Shown in pieces: positions 9,572-18,493 of a DNA stretch of 64,000 bases; positions within the stretch are counted from its first letter, which is position 1; every line of letters starts with the position of its first letter. The translations under genes were made by a program, and so were the position numbers. The stretch is from contig JASLYX010000001.1 in NCBI GenBank assembly GCA_030739585.1, forward strand, positions 372,452 to 436,451, given 5' to 3'. A model generated the notes under the pieces. It ran no database searches, was not told the origin of the DNA, and saw nothing but the letters and a program-made list of their open reading frames with translations. This stretch comes from Candidatus Bathyarchaeota archaeon. GTDB lineage: Archaea; Thermoproteota; Bathyarchaeia; TCS64.

Positions 9572-10270
9572 TCAAAGGATGATCCGGGCATCCACGACCA
9601 TAGCGCCCTCTTCATAGACGAGAACAGGATTCATATCCAGTTCAGATATCTCGGGACAATCAACAAGCATCTCTGATGTTTTCAGCAGTATTTCGACGAT
9701 GACCTTGGTGTCTGAGGGGGGCTTCCCCCGAACCCCTTCGAGGATCTTGTAAGCCTTGATCTTTTTCACCATCTCCTCAGCGTCTGACCGGACTATCGGA
9801 ACGAGCCTGAAGCTGACGTCTTTCAAGATCTCGACGAAAATCCCTCCGAGCCCAAACATCAGGGTTGTGCCGAAGGTAGGGTCCTTGGTGGATCCGACGA
9901 TGACCTCGGTCCCCCAAGGGGCCATCTTTTGGATCAGGATACCGGTAATCTCAGCCTCTGGAACGTAAGCTTTGATATTCTTCAGGATAGTCTTGTACCC
10001 CTGTCTGACCCCCATTTCGTCCTTAATGTCGATAAGGACACCACCGACATCAGATTTGTGGATGACCTGGGGAGATACTATCTTGAGGACCACGGGAAAA
10101 CCGAGTTTCTTGGCGGCATCAACGACGTCTTCCTCGGTCTCCCCGACAGTAATCTTGGTTACCGGGAGACCATAAAGGACACAAAGGTTCTTAGCCTCGT
10201 GCTCGAAGAGGAAATCCCTGCCCTCGGCCTCGGCGGTTTTGAAGATCTCGTTGACTGCTTTATCTCTCAT
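9572..10270 (-). CDS. acdB: Acetate--CoA ligase (ADP-forming) beta subunit (ATP-grasp)
   Basis: 232 aa; near-colinear match to Pyrococcus ACD beta: KIVSPQVIHKSDVGGV, FGLGGIFVEILKDVSFR, ELDMNPV...VDARIIL. Confidence 0.85.
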   Translation of the reverse strand: MRDKAVNEIFKTAEAEGRDFLFEHEAKNLCVLYGLPVTKITVGETEEDVVDAAKKLGFPVVLKIVSPQVIHKSDVGGVLIDIKDEMGVRQGYKTILKNIKAYVPEAEITGILIQKMAPWGTEVIVGSTKDPTFGTTLMFGLGGIFVEILKDVSFRLVPIVRSDAEEMVKKIKAYKILEGVRGKPPSDTKVIVEILLKTSEMLVDCPEISELDMNPVLVYEEGAMVVDARIIL

Positions 10271-10393
10271 CCTTGGACACTCCGAATTAGATCCTTACTG
10301 CATTAACCCGTGATTTTTAAAAATATCGTACGATTCCCCCGCGCGTTGAATCTCGGAATATAATAAACATGTATATCTCTCGCCAGTTATGCA

Positions 10394-11047
10394 TCAGAAT
10401 CGCTGGCTATACCTCTGCTCCGTCCAGGGGTCTGCTTCATTGTGGTAGCCGTTCCTCTCCCAGAAACCAGGGCGATCACGATCCTTAAACTCAAGCCCTC
10501 TGAGCCATTTTCCTCCCTTCCAGAGGTAAGTGGTCTTCGCCTCACTCCTGTCTGGAAAAGAGCCGATAACCCCCCTAAGAGGATATCCGTGATCTGGAGT
10601 GAGGGGTTCCCCCGCATAATGGGTAGCAAGGAGGAAGTTGTCAGCCATGACTAGATCGATGGGAAGATTTTCAGTGAAGTTATGCTCACAATGCTGGATG
10701 ACAAATTTGGCTTCGGGTTTGGGCTTAATTATGCCCTCCTCGACGAGGTCCCTAATGAAGACACCCTCCCACTCCGTATCTAGTTTTGACCACCAGGTTA
10801 CACAATGTATGTCCAGGATGATCTTCCTCTGTGGGAGATCATTGAACTCCTCCCACGTTAAGATGACTTCCTCCTCAACAAGACCGAAAACCCTAAAGTC
10901 CCAATCTGATAGGTTGACTTTAGGGATTGATCCGTAGTGGAGGATGGGGAACTTCTCAGTGAGGGACTGCCCGGGGGGGAGACGTCTGAGTTCTTCCCCA
11001 TCGCCCTTCTTGAAACGAGATAAGAAGCCACTCAAAACAAGCGCCAA
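10394..11047 (-). CDS. Molybdopterin-dependent oxidoreductase, sulfite-oxidase/YedY(MsrP)-like catalytic subunit
   Basis: 217 aa; oxidoreductase molybdopterin-binding fold hallmarks (LPPGQ, KFPILHYG, conserved Cys in HCVTWWS). Confidence 0.6.
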   Translation of the reverse strand: MALVLSGFLSRFKKGDGEELRRLPPGQSLTEKFPILHYGSIPKVNLSDWDFRVFGLVEEEVILTWEEFNDLPQRKIILDIHCVTWWSKLDTEWEGVFIRDLVEEGIIKPKPEAKFVIQHCEHNFTENLPIDLVMADNFLLATHYAGEPLTPDHGYPLRGVIGSFPDRSEAKTTYLWKGGKWLRGLEFKDRDRPGFWERNGYHNEADPWTEQRYSQRF

Positions 11048-11190
11048 GATGAAGAAACAAACAGCAGTTTATCAAGGTATGTAAAAATCTGTTTATTCCC
11101 GGCGGATAAATAGGTGGCATTCATATTTCTCCGAAGTTGTCTGCTTCGACGATTTCTTTAAGGATCAAAGGCTATCTATCTTTAATCATC

Positions 11191-12336
11191 ATGGATTTTG
11201 AAGGAAGGCTGAGTCGAGCAAGAGAGGAGATGCGGAAAATGGGCGTTGATTTGATGTACCTCCGCCGGGGAGCTAAGCTATGGTACTTGGCTGGTATTCG
11301 GAGGCGAGGGCCTGAGATGACTGATCATAACACCTATGGGGACTATATTCAGGGTGCTTACGTAGGGGCTGAGGAGGGCTTCGTCCTAGTGGGACCCCGG
11401 ATGGGTAGCGCAGCATGGGTATACGAGGCCAAGGGAAAACCCTGGATCAATGAATTGAGGATCATTGATGAGTCTGAGACCCCGGAGAAGGTCCTAGAGG
11501 AGGTCCTCAAGGGATTCGATGTTAAGGGCGATGTCATGGTTGACGAGCGAGCCTGGGCTCAGGGAGGGCTTCTAATTCAGAAAAATCTCCCGCGATCAGG
11601 CTTGAGACTTGCTTCGGAGATCATCGATCCAATGAAGATGATTAAGGACAAAAACGAGATCGCCCTTATGAAAAAGGTGGGCGAGATTACTGATAAGGTA
11701 TATGGCGAGGTAGTAAATCACCTCAAGGTGGGTCTGAAGGAGGAGGAGGTGGCCCATGAGGTGGACTACCAGTTCACCAAACACAACTCAGATCAAACCT
11801 CCTTCGTTACCGGGGTGAGGTTCAGCAGCCCCAAGAGACCTAGGAGGCTTCACGCGTCTCGGTCGACATCTAGGAGCCTGCATGAGGGAGATACTATCAC
11901 GTTTGACTTTGGTGGAGTCTACCAAGGTTACTGCTCCGACTTCGGGAGGACGGTCTACGTGGGGGATCCCCCGGCAAAGGTAAAGGAGATCCATAATGCC
12001 GTGATGGATGCACAGGCTGCAGCCATACAGGTGATGGTGAGTGATACGATAACAGCGCAGGGGCTGGATAGGATAGCCCGGGGCCTCATCACAGACAGGG
12101 GATACGGCGAGTGCTTCGGCCACAGACTAGGACATGGGATAGGGGTCACCGTGCACGAGCCACCTTTTCTCTACATCCCCGACGACACGATGCTCCAGAC
12201 CGGGATGACATTCACTGTGGAGCCCAGCATCCGGCTTCCAAACAGCTGGTCGGTTAGGGTAGAGGACGTCGTGATGGTCACTGAAGAGGGAGGACTCCCT
12301 TTCACTAACTATCATAAAGAGCTAATCACCATATGA
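11191..12336 (+). CDS. M24 family Xaa-Pro aminopeptidase/prolidase
   Basis: Creatinase-type N-domain plus pita-bread domain: DFGGVYQGYCSDFGRT, HRLGHGIGVTVHEPP, TVEP. Start taken at the first ATG (MDFEGRLSRAREEMRKMG), which matches the family N-terminus. Confidence 0.75.
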   Translation: MDFEGRLSRAREEMRKMGVDLMYLRRGAKLWYLAGIRRRGPEMTDHNTYGDYIQGAYVGAEEGFVLVGPRMGSAAWVYEAKGKPWINELRIIDESETPEKVLEEVLKGFDVKGDVMVDERAWAQGGLLIQKNLPRSGLRLASEIIDPMKMIKDKNEIALMKKVGEITDKVYGEVVNHLKVGLKEEEVAHEVDYQFTKHNSDQTSFVTGVRFSSPKRPRRLHASRSTSRSLHEGDTITFDFGGVYQGYCSDFGRTVYVGDPPAKVKEIHNAVMDAQAAAIQVMVSDTITAQGLDRIARGLITDRGYGECFGHRLGHGIGVTVHEPPFLYIPDDTMLQTGMTFTVEPSIRLPNSWSVRVEDVVMVTEEGGLPFTNYHKELITI

Positions 12337-12668
12337 CCGACACGCAATCACGTGTACCGTTGTCAGGTTTTTTTAAGGGTCTTCTCCAGGATGTCGAGAC
12401 CCTTCTCGAGGAGATCGTCATTTATGCTTAGTGGTGAATGCAAATGGATGCAGTTGTCATAGAGGCCTGCCTTGAACGTCAGCAGTCCCGAGGAAAGTGT
12501 AGCCTTCATCACCCTGGATGAAGCCTCCGGGTTTGGCTTTTTTTTGAGCTGCGGTCATCACCATCTCAATGACAAGCATGGGTCCCTTACCACTGTCCTC
12601 TTCAATGGTCTCGAATGTATCGAACTAGATCTTGATTATGTGGGACCCACTCCTTCAGGGAACTCTGC

Positions 12669-12730
12669 CTTCAGGAAACGAAGGTAGGAGGGTTTATCCC
12701 AAAGTGCGGGTGGTTGGATTCCCACCCAGA
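12669..12730. repeat. Direct-repeat copy A: degenerate tRNA-Leu 3' fragment plus ~35 bp of flank
   Basis: 12669-12710 matches 17102-17143 with 2 mismatches in ~42 bp. It continues as the degraded tRNA 3' end TGGTTGGATTCCCACCCAGA (versus GGGTGGGATTCGAACCCACGG in the intact tRNA). Confidence 0.65.
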
Positions 12731-13230
12731 TTTACTAGTAAAATTGAAACATAATCGATGATTTTATCCTCACATCCCCTCAACTCTATGATATAGCCGA
12801 CCCATTGCTTGGTATCGAAGTGATGAAAAATGATTGACATAACACATCGATTTCAAACAGACTTTAATGGGAAAGACCCCGACAAATATTAGCAGATTAG
12901 GAACCCGATCTAGTAGAAGACTTACTAGACTACGCCCAAGAATCTATGAGAACCCGAACAAATAAAGATTCAGCGAAGAAATCGAGAGTTCTTTGTCAAT
13001 TGATAAGCGACGATAATTGTATAGGCGGGAAAGTAGAGCGCAAGATCTGAATGCTATGTCAATGTTCGTGCGCTTGATCGATTATGCGCGTGCAGGCCCT
13101 CATCGACAAGAATTTCTTGCGTAAAACACGGGATTTCTGGTAGATGAACCATGGGTGTTGTCACGATACTAATCATAGCCTACCCTAGAGAGTCTAGAAA
13201 CAAGAAAATGATTTTAATTCTAACATATTC

Positions 13231-14490
13231 TCAATCTAATGTTATTATCCCATCTATCATACAGAACTTTATTTTCCTTAAATCGCTGATGTCTTTTTCT
13301 GGGTTGCCCTCCACGGATATGATATCTGCTTTCACCCCCACTTTAATTGTCCCAAAGATGTCTCCCATCCTGTATGCCTCTGCCGCGGTACCCGTTGCCG
13401 AGGATATGACTTCTAGAGGTGACATACCTGCGTCCACCATCATCTCCATAGCCCTCAGCAGACGCGTCGAGTTCCCGAGTCCCGTAGCGTCTGACCCCGC
13501 GACAACCTTAACCCCCATTTTTCTCATCCTAGAGAGGTTTTCGAATTTCCTTTGGAACTTATAATTCAGTTCCTCCCAAGCTCTTTCTTCGTCATCAGCC
13601 AGCACCTGCCCCTCTTTCGTTATAGCCCCGAGTGAATCATATCTATCAGACCCGGTCTGCAGAGTGGGGCAATAGTAAAGACCCTTCTCGGTCATGGTTT
13701 TCACGGCGTCCTCGTCGAATCCTCTGGACCCATCCGGGGTCAAGAAGCCACAGTGACAGAGGATGTCCACGCCAGCCCGGGCCGCGTTCCCCACGGAGTC
13801 ATACGCCTCACAATGGGCTGTTATCACGCGTCCTAACCTGTGAGACGCTTCCACCGCCGAACGCATCTCTCCCTCGCTGAAGGTGACCTGGCTCGCCGTT
13901 GGGCCTCCGAGGGATCCGATGTTAACTGAGCCTCCACCTGATGCCATAATCTTGACAAAGTCCACATCCTCCTTGACGAACTGCCCTACCCTCGCGACCA
14001 CCTGGTCAACTCCATTTGCCTCGTTGTCGTTGCAGAAGTGGAAATGTCCGCCAGTACTGGTGAGAGGTCTACCAGCGACGAGAAGCCTTGGGCCCTCCAC
14101 TATTCCTAGTTTGATTCCCTGCCTCAGGCTCTGGGCCACTAGGTTTCTGGCCCCTGCATCCATCATGGTGGTTATTCCTGCTCGTAAGGCCGCTCTGACG
14201 TTTGATACTCCAGCCATCAAGTGGATGGAGTCAGACTCTCTGCTGATCTTGCTGTATCCCCCATAAGTCCCTAATGTGAGGTGTATGTGTGTGTCCACCA
14301 GACCTGGGAGCACTGTCTGTTCCCCTAGGTTCACCTCCCTGACCCCGGTACCTTGCGGTATTTCATCTTGACCGTCCTCGTCTATGAGGTGTATTTGGTT
14401 GTCTTTGACAACAATCACAGGATCATTAACTGGTTTATTTCCAGTTCCGTCAATCATGCGCTTGGCGCGAATAACCGTGTATTCACTCAT
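13231..14490 (-). CDS. Amidohydrolase family protein (imidazolonepropionase/Xaa-Pro dipeptidase-like, COG1228 type)
   Basis: 419 aa: VDTHIHL metal-binding motif, HCE..., GSDA; typical amidohydrolase-1 architecture. Confidence 0.7.
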   Translation of the reverse strand: MSEYTVIRAKRMIDGTGNKPVNDPVIVVKDNQIHLIDEDGQDEIPQGTGVREVNLGEQTVLPGLVDTHIHLTLGTYGGYSKISRESDSIHLMAGVSNVRAALRAGITTMMDAGARNLVAQSLRQGIKLGIVEGPRLLVAGRPLTSTGGHFHFCNDNEANGVDQVVARVGQFVKEDVDFVKIMASGGGSVNIGSLGGPTASQVTFSEGEMRSAVEASHRLGRVITAHCEAYDSVGNAARAGVDILCHCGFLTPDGSRGFDEDAVKTMTEKGLYYCPTLQTGSDRYDSLGAITKEGQVLADDEERAWEELNYKFQRKFENLSRMRKMGVKVVAGSDATGLGNSTRLLRAMEMMVDAGMSPLEVISSATGTAAEAYRMGDIFGTIKVGVKADIISVEGNPEKDISDLRKIKFCMIDGIITLD

Positions 14491-14576
14491 AGTAAGTGAA
14501 TACTATGGTTGGTATATTGTTTTAACTCGGTGGGTCTGAGAAACAATTTTAACAATTTGCGTCAGATATTTAGAAA

Positions 14577-15308
14577 ATGCATATCAATATCGCCGATGTC
14601 GAAGGATTGGAGATTACTCAGGGAGTTGTGGAGAGGACTTTACTCCGACCTGAGCAAACAGAGACTAGTGACCTGACCGTAAAACACCACGTCCTTACCG
14701 GGGGGGAGATAATGTTCGTGGAGGATGGCGTAGAATATCAGCATTATATCATCTCCGGGTGTGCCCTTATGAAGGGCCGCCTACTGCACGGCGATTCGGG
14801 TGTCTTCGTCCCTGGCAGCAGCCGGTTCGGTGAGCCCCATAAACACGGCTTTGCCCATACGGGGGAAGGAAAGCTGCGGATACTTACGGTGATATATAAG
14901 ACGCCTCGTCCAAACTTCAGGTGGGCCAAGACTAGGATCAAGAACCTGAGCCAAGTCGAGGGCCGCCTCGGGGGCATGTTTGCCCAACAAATATTCACGG
15001 AGGAGGAGCATGCGCTTATGGGGGCTCTTAGAATGCATTCTCTTGATGTTCAGACTCATGCGCCTGGCGTCGTTCTGCCCGTTCACCGAAACCCTGAGGA
15101 GTTTGCGTATATTCTAAGGGGGACGGGCGAGGTAATGTCCGGAGACAATAGGGTAAGGGTGAGACCCGGTTCTTTGGTGTACACCGAAGAGGCCGTTCCG
15201 CATGCAGTAAAAAATACTAGCGAAGACCTTCCTCTTCAGTATGTTGCATTCGAGTTCACGAGACAGGACGAGAGCTGGACCGAGATGGGGTACAATGAAA
15301 AAACGTGA
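14577..15308 (+). CDS. Bicupin domain protein (paralog 1)
   Basis: 243 aa with two cupin-like His-containing motifs (HHVLTGGEIMFVEDG; HRNPEEFAYILRGTGEV...PHAV). Shares SSRFGEPHKH, NFRWAK and EEEHALMGAL motifs with the adjacent paralog. Confidence 0.55.
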   Translation: MHINIADVEGLEITQGVVERTLLRPEQTETSDLTVKHHVLTGGEIMFVEDGVEYQHYIISGCALMKGRLLHGDSGVFVPGSSRFGEPHKHGFAHTGEGKLRILTVIYKTPRPNFRWAKTRIKNLSQVEGRLGGMFAQQIFTEEEHALMGALRMHSLDVQTHAPGVVLPVHRNPEEFAYILRGTGEVMSGDNRVRVRPGSLVYTEEAVPHAVKNTSEDLPLQYVAFEFTRQDESWTEMGYNEKT

Positions 15309-15379
15309 GCGCATAATATCGTTTTTAGCGAGCGATGTCCGCGTATTTATTGGTGGATAAAAGGATTCTGTGATGAATA

Positions 15380-16105
15380 ATGCACGTTAATATTGACAGC
15401 GTAAAAGAGAAAGAAATATCACCCGGGGTAATTGGGAGGGTTCTCCTGGCGGAAGGCCAGTCATCTCCGGGAGGCTTGACGGTATTTCACCACACCCTTA
15501 CGGATGGTGAAGTTGTTTTTGATCAGCAGGGAGCCGAGTTCCAGCACTATATCGTCCAAGGATGTGCCAGGATAGGAGGAAAGTTCGTCCACTCCGAGAC
15601 CGCGATATTCGTGCCAGGTAGCTCAAGGTTCGGTGATCCCCATAAACATAGGATAGCCCACGACGGGGAGGGGGAGCTCCGAATAGTCACCGCCATCTAC
15701 AAAACGGATCGACCGAATTTCAGGTGGGCCAAGTCTCGCAGCAGAAACCTCTACCAGGCGTTGCCGAGCGTCTCAACCATCATAAATCAGCAGCTCATAA
15801 CCGAAGAGGAGCACGCCCTCATGGGGGCGCTCAAAATGCATGCACTTGACATCCAAACCCATGCGCCCCTCACGGGTAACCCCGAGCATAAGAACCCCGA
15901 AGAGGTCATGTACGTTTTAAGAGGAACGGGAGAGGCGGTATGTGGCGAAGAAAAGTATCATGTGAAGCCTGGAGCGCTCATCTACTCAAAGGAAGGAGAG
16001 GTCCATGGTATCTATAACCGTGACGACAAGCTGCCACTGCAGTACTTTGTCCTCGAGTTCATTGATCACGACAAGATGTGGACGGAGAGAGGCTACAGGG
16101 TCTAA
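15380..16105 (+). CDS. Bicupin domain protein (paralog 2, tandem duplicate)
   Basis: 241 aa, colinear with 14577-15308 (MHVNIDSV.., SSRFGDPHKH, NFRWAK, EEEHALMGALKMH). Confidence 0.55.
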   Translation: MHVNIDSVKEKEISPGVIGRVLLAEGQSSPGGLTVFHHTLTDGEVVFDQQGAEFQHYIVQGCARIGGKFVHSETAIFVPGSSRFGDPHKHRIAHDGEGELRIVTAIYKTDRPNFRWAKSRSRNLYQALPSVSTIINQQLITEEEHALMGALKMHALDIQTHAPLTGNPEHKNPEEVMYVLRGTGEAVCGEEKYHVKPGALIYSKEGEVHGIYNRDDKLPLQYFVLEFIDHDKMWTERGYRV

Positions 16106-16462
16106 ACTCATTATCTCTGTTTTTTGAGCCACAGGCACAGACGAGACTCTTTTCAGAGTTCTTTGTCAACTCTGACTCGCCCACCACATAATTGAATTAT
16201 GTTTCATGGCCGAGTAAAGATTTCTTCAATCAAATACATTTATCTGGTTAGATAGAATAAAAGCAAACCCGCTAGTTTTCTAGGCTTTAGAGTCCCTAGC
16301 TGGATTACGCCCCTATATGGCACTTGATTCCGTCCACGCCTTCCTCGAGGAGAGAACGGTCATTAGGCTCCACGAGTTCGACGAGCTCCTGAAGAGCGTC
16401 GAAAGATAGCCTCCGGAGGTTCCCGGACCCCATTTAAATAAGCCCCGCCGTTAGGATGAACC

Positions 16463-17041
16463 ATGTCATTCACACTCCATATAGGAGAAAAAGCACCGGA
16501 CTTCGAGCTCCCCGCCACCGACGGCAACACCTACAGCCTCGGCGACCTCGACGATGAGACCCTCGTGGTCTTCTTCACATGTAACCACTGCCCCTACGTC
16601 ATCGGATCAGACGAGGCGACCCGGGGGACAGTGGAGAAGTTCTCGCTCAAGGGCGTCAGGTTCGTGGGGATTAACTCCAACAGCATCAAGACCGTGCCCG
16701 GGGACGGATTCCCCCAGATGGTGGAACGCATGAAGGAGCACGGGTTCCCCTGGCTCTACCTCAGGGACAAATCCCAGGAGGTCGCCAAGGAATACGGCGC
16801 CCTGAGGACGCCACACTTTTACGTCTTCGACAGGGAGCGCAAGCTGGTCTACACGGGACGCGCCATCGACAACCCCCGAGAGTCCTCGAAATCGACGGTG
16901 TTCGACCTGGACAGGGCCCTCGAGGAGCACACCTCGGGGAAGCCGGTGAGCGTCCCCCTCACTAACCCCATCGGGTGCAACGTAAAGTGGGAAGGGCAGG
17001 ACGCCCACTGGATGCCCCCCGAGGCTTGCGACCTCGTCTAG
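16463..17041 (+). CDS. Thioredoxin-fold protein (AhpC/TSA/redoxin family thiol-disulfide oxidoreductase)
   Basis: 192 aa with CNHCP (CxxC) redox motif in a thioredoxin-like context ([10 protein letters not shown]). Confidence 0.6.
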   Translation: MSFTLHIGEKAPDFELPATDGNTYSLGDLDDETLVVFFTCNHCPYVIGSDEATRGTVEKFSLKGVRFVGINSNSIKTVPGDGFPQMVERMKEHGFPWLYLRDKSQEVAKEYGALRTPHFYVFDRERKLVYTGRAIDNPRESSKSTVFDLDRALEEHTSGKPVSVPLTNPIGCNVKWEGQDAHWMPPEACDLV

Positions 17042-17101
17042 CGACGGACTAACTGCTGAAATACTGCTTCAAAGGGGCCACGGCTTTTCACCATTGAGAG
17101 A

Positions 17102-17163
17102 CTTCCGGAAACGAAGGTAGGAGGGTTTATCCAAAAGTGCGGGGGGTGGGATTCGAACCCACG
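17102..17163. repeat. Direct-repeat copy B: 3' end of the intact tRNA-Leu plus adjacent ~35 bp
   Basis: Matches 12669-12730 (see copy A). Confidence 0.65.
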
Positions 17164-17224
17164 GAGGACTAGTCCATCAGGTCCTAAGCCTGACCCCTTT
17201 GGCCACTCGGGAACCCCCGCTGGT
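17137..17224 (-). tRNA. tRNA-Leu (anticodon UAG), class II with long variable arm; CCA not encoded
   Basis: Minus-strand read GCGGGGGTTCCCGAGTGGCCAAAGGGGTCAGGCTTAGGACCTGATGGACTAGTCCTCCGTGGGTTCGAATCCCACCCCCCGCA. 7-bp acceptor stem; anticodon stem TCAGG/CCTGA with loop CUUAGGA; long variable arm; T-arm GTGGG-TTCGAAT-CCCAC. Confidence 0.8.
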
Positions 17225-17297
17225 AATCATATCAATCTCCTGAACCGGATTAAAGCATTACCTGACACCAAGGCTCCATCGCACGCGAGCCATCTTG

Positions 17298-18104
17298 CTA
17301 AAGAAGATAACGGGGTTCTCCTTTAATGGATTCCACTAACTCTAAGGCCGTCTTAACCTTCTGCTCTATCCCATCTAGGATGAGCCGGACCGAGCCCTCG
17401 GCTCCTGCTATCCCCCCGGCAGCATATAGATGCGCATCCACCCCGGTCAGGAGCCGGAGCGCCTCTATTTCAGTGATAATCGTCCCCATGAGGGGCCAGA
17501 GGGTCATTCCCTTGGAATCTTCTTGGGCGGCGAGCCGGTGCAGATTATCTATATTCTCGTAGACCTGCTTTTCTAGCCCAATCGGGATGACGAGATGGAT
17601 CTTCTTCCCTATGACGCTTCCTATGACTGATCCCACAGTGCCCCCTGTGGGGCTCGCAATTAGTACCCCCGCTTTACTTCTCAGATAATCCAGAGCATTA
17701 GCTCCTTTGAGGTAGACGTCCCCCTGCCCCATTTCCCCCACGGCGCTGAACCTATCTAGCTCCGGGGCCACCTTCCCTTTTCTGAACACTACGTCGGGAA
17801 TCCTTTCATCATGGGCCTCAGGATGCCTTTCTGGTTGCTTCGGCGTCGTGATACCGCTCCGATACCTCCTCTTATCGAACCGTTTTCCCCAGAGCTCCTC
17901 AAGAACATAGGCGTTCGTGGTCCCTGTCGCTACCACCACCATCCCTTCCTTCATAGCCCGTCTCACCTCAGGCATTGCAGCAACGCCCATGGCGATTAGT
18001 CTCTTGGACTCTGACACAGTCAGAACAACCTGTCGCTTCAAATCAGATCTTGATACCATTCGTTTAATTAGAATATTAGTTGAACCCTCAGTAACCAGGC
18101 TCAT
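17298..18104 (-). CDS. Conserved hypothetical protein (Gly-rich alpha/beta protein, unknown function)
   Basis: 268-aa ORF with protein-like composition between two tRNA genes (motifs VVVATGTTNAYVLEEL, ASPTGGTVGSVIG). No family recognised from memory. Confidence 0.4.
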   Translation of the reverse strand: MSLVTEGSTNILIKRMVSRSDLKRQVVLTVSESKRLIAMGVAAMPEVRRAMKEGMVVVATGTTNAYVLEELWGKRFDKRRYRSGITTPKQPERHPEAHDERIPDVVFRKGKVAPELDRFSAVGEMGQGDVYLKGANALDYLRSKAGVLIASPTGGTVGSVIGSVIGKKIHLVIPIGLEKQVYENIDNLHRLAAQEDSKGMTLWPLMGTIITEIEALRLLTGVDAHLYAAGGIAGAEGSVRLILDGIEQKVKTALELVESIKGEPRYLL

Positions 18105-18380
18105 CTGATTATAACTATGTAAATCTCAAGACTTCCAGAGGATTTCCGAAAGCTGCTGCCTATATAGACGTTCTTCGAGTGTTTCGCCTTGGACATTATG
18201 ACCATTAATAAAAAAGAATATCAAAGACTTCTGCACGAATAAGGAGACCTCCAGTTTCCGAGGGATTGAACATGGTTACCTAAAAGATAAAAGAGATCAT
18301 AGATGATCTCTAGACTCCATTTTTCCTATGAATCTCGTTTAAAACTGACATCTTTTCCATTTTAAGGATTACTAGTAAAT

Positions 18381-18456
18381 TGGTGCGGCCGCCGGGATTT
18401 GAACCCGGGACGTTGGCTTGGAAGGCCAAAATCATGCCAGACTTGACCACGGCCGC
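18381..18456 (-). tRNA. tRNA-Gly (anticodon UCC), CCA encoded
   Basis: Minus-strand read GCGGCCGTGGTCAAGTCTGGCATGATTTTGGCCTTCCAAGCCAACGTCCCGGGTTCAAATCCCGGCGGCCGCACCA. Anticodon stem TTGGC/GCCAA with loop CUUCCAA; T-arm CCGGG-TTCAAAT-CCCGG. Confidence 0.8.
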
Positions 18457-18493
18457 TTACCATCAAACATGTGCATGACCGTTAAAATGTTTC

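Larger units (their letters stand above)
12669..17163. mobile_element. Putative decayed integrated element or genomic islet at tRNA-Leu(UAG), bounded by ~62-bp direct repeats; no integrase detected
   Basis: Geometry matches site-specific integration into the 3' end of a tRNA: an intact minus-strand tRNA at the proximal end and a displaced decayed 3' fragment in the same orientation at the distal end. Cargo is an amidohydrolase, two bicupins and a redoxin. A 500-bp AT-rich noncoding stretch (12731-13230) sits at the distal end. Confidence 0.4.

Noticed and set aside
12982-12997. 15-bp exact match (AGAGTTCTTTGTCAA) shared with 16156-16170 inside the putative islet
   Set aside because: A single 15-mer match is roughly what chance predicts in a 64-kb window. 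There is no extended similarity around it.
12337-13230. Integrase or excisionase ORF at the islet border
   Set aside because: No ORF of meaningful length, and no recombinase-like motif (R..H..R..Y) in any frame that I could read; reported as absent rather than called.
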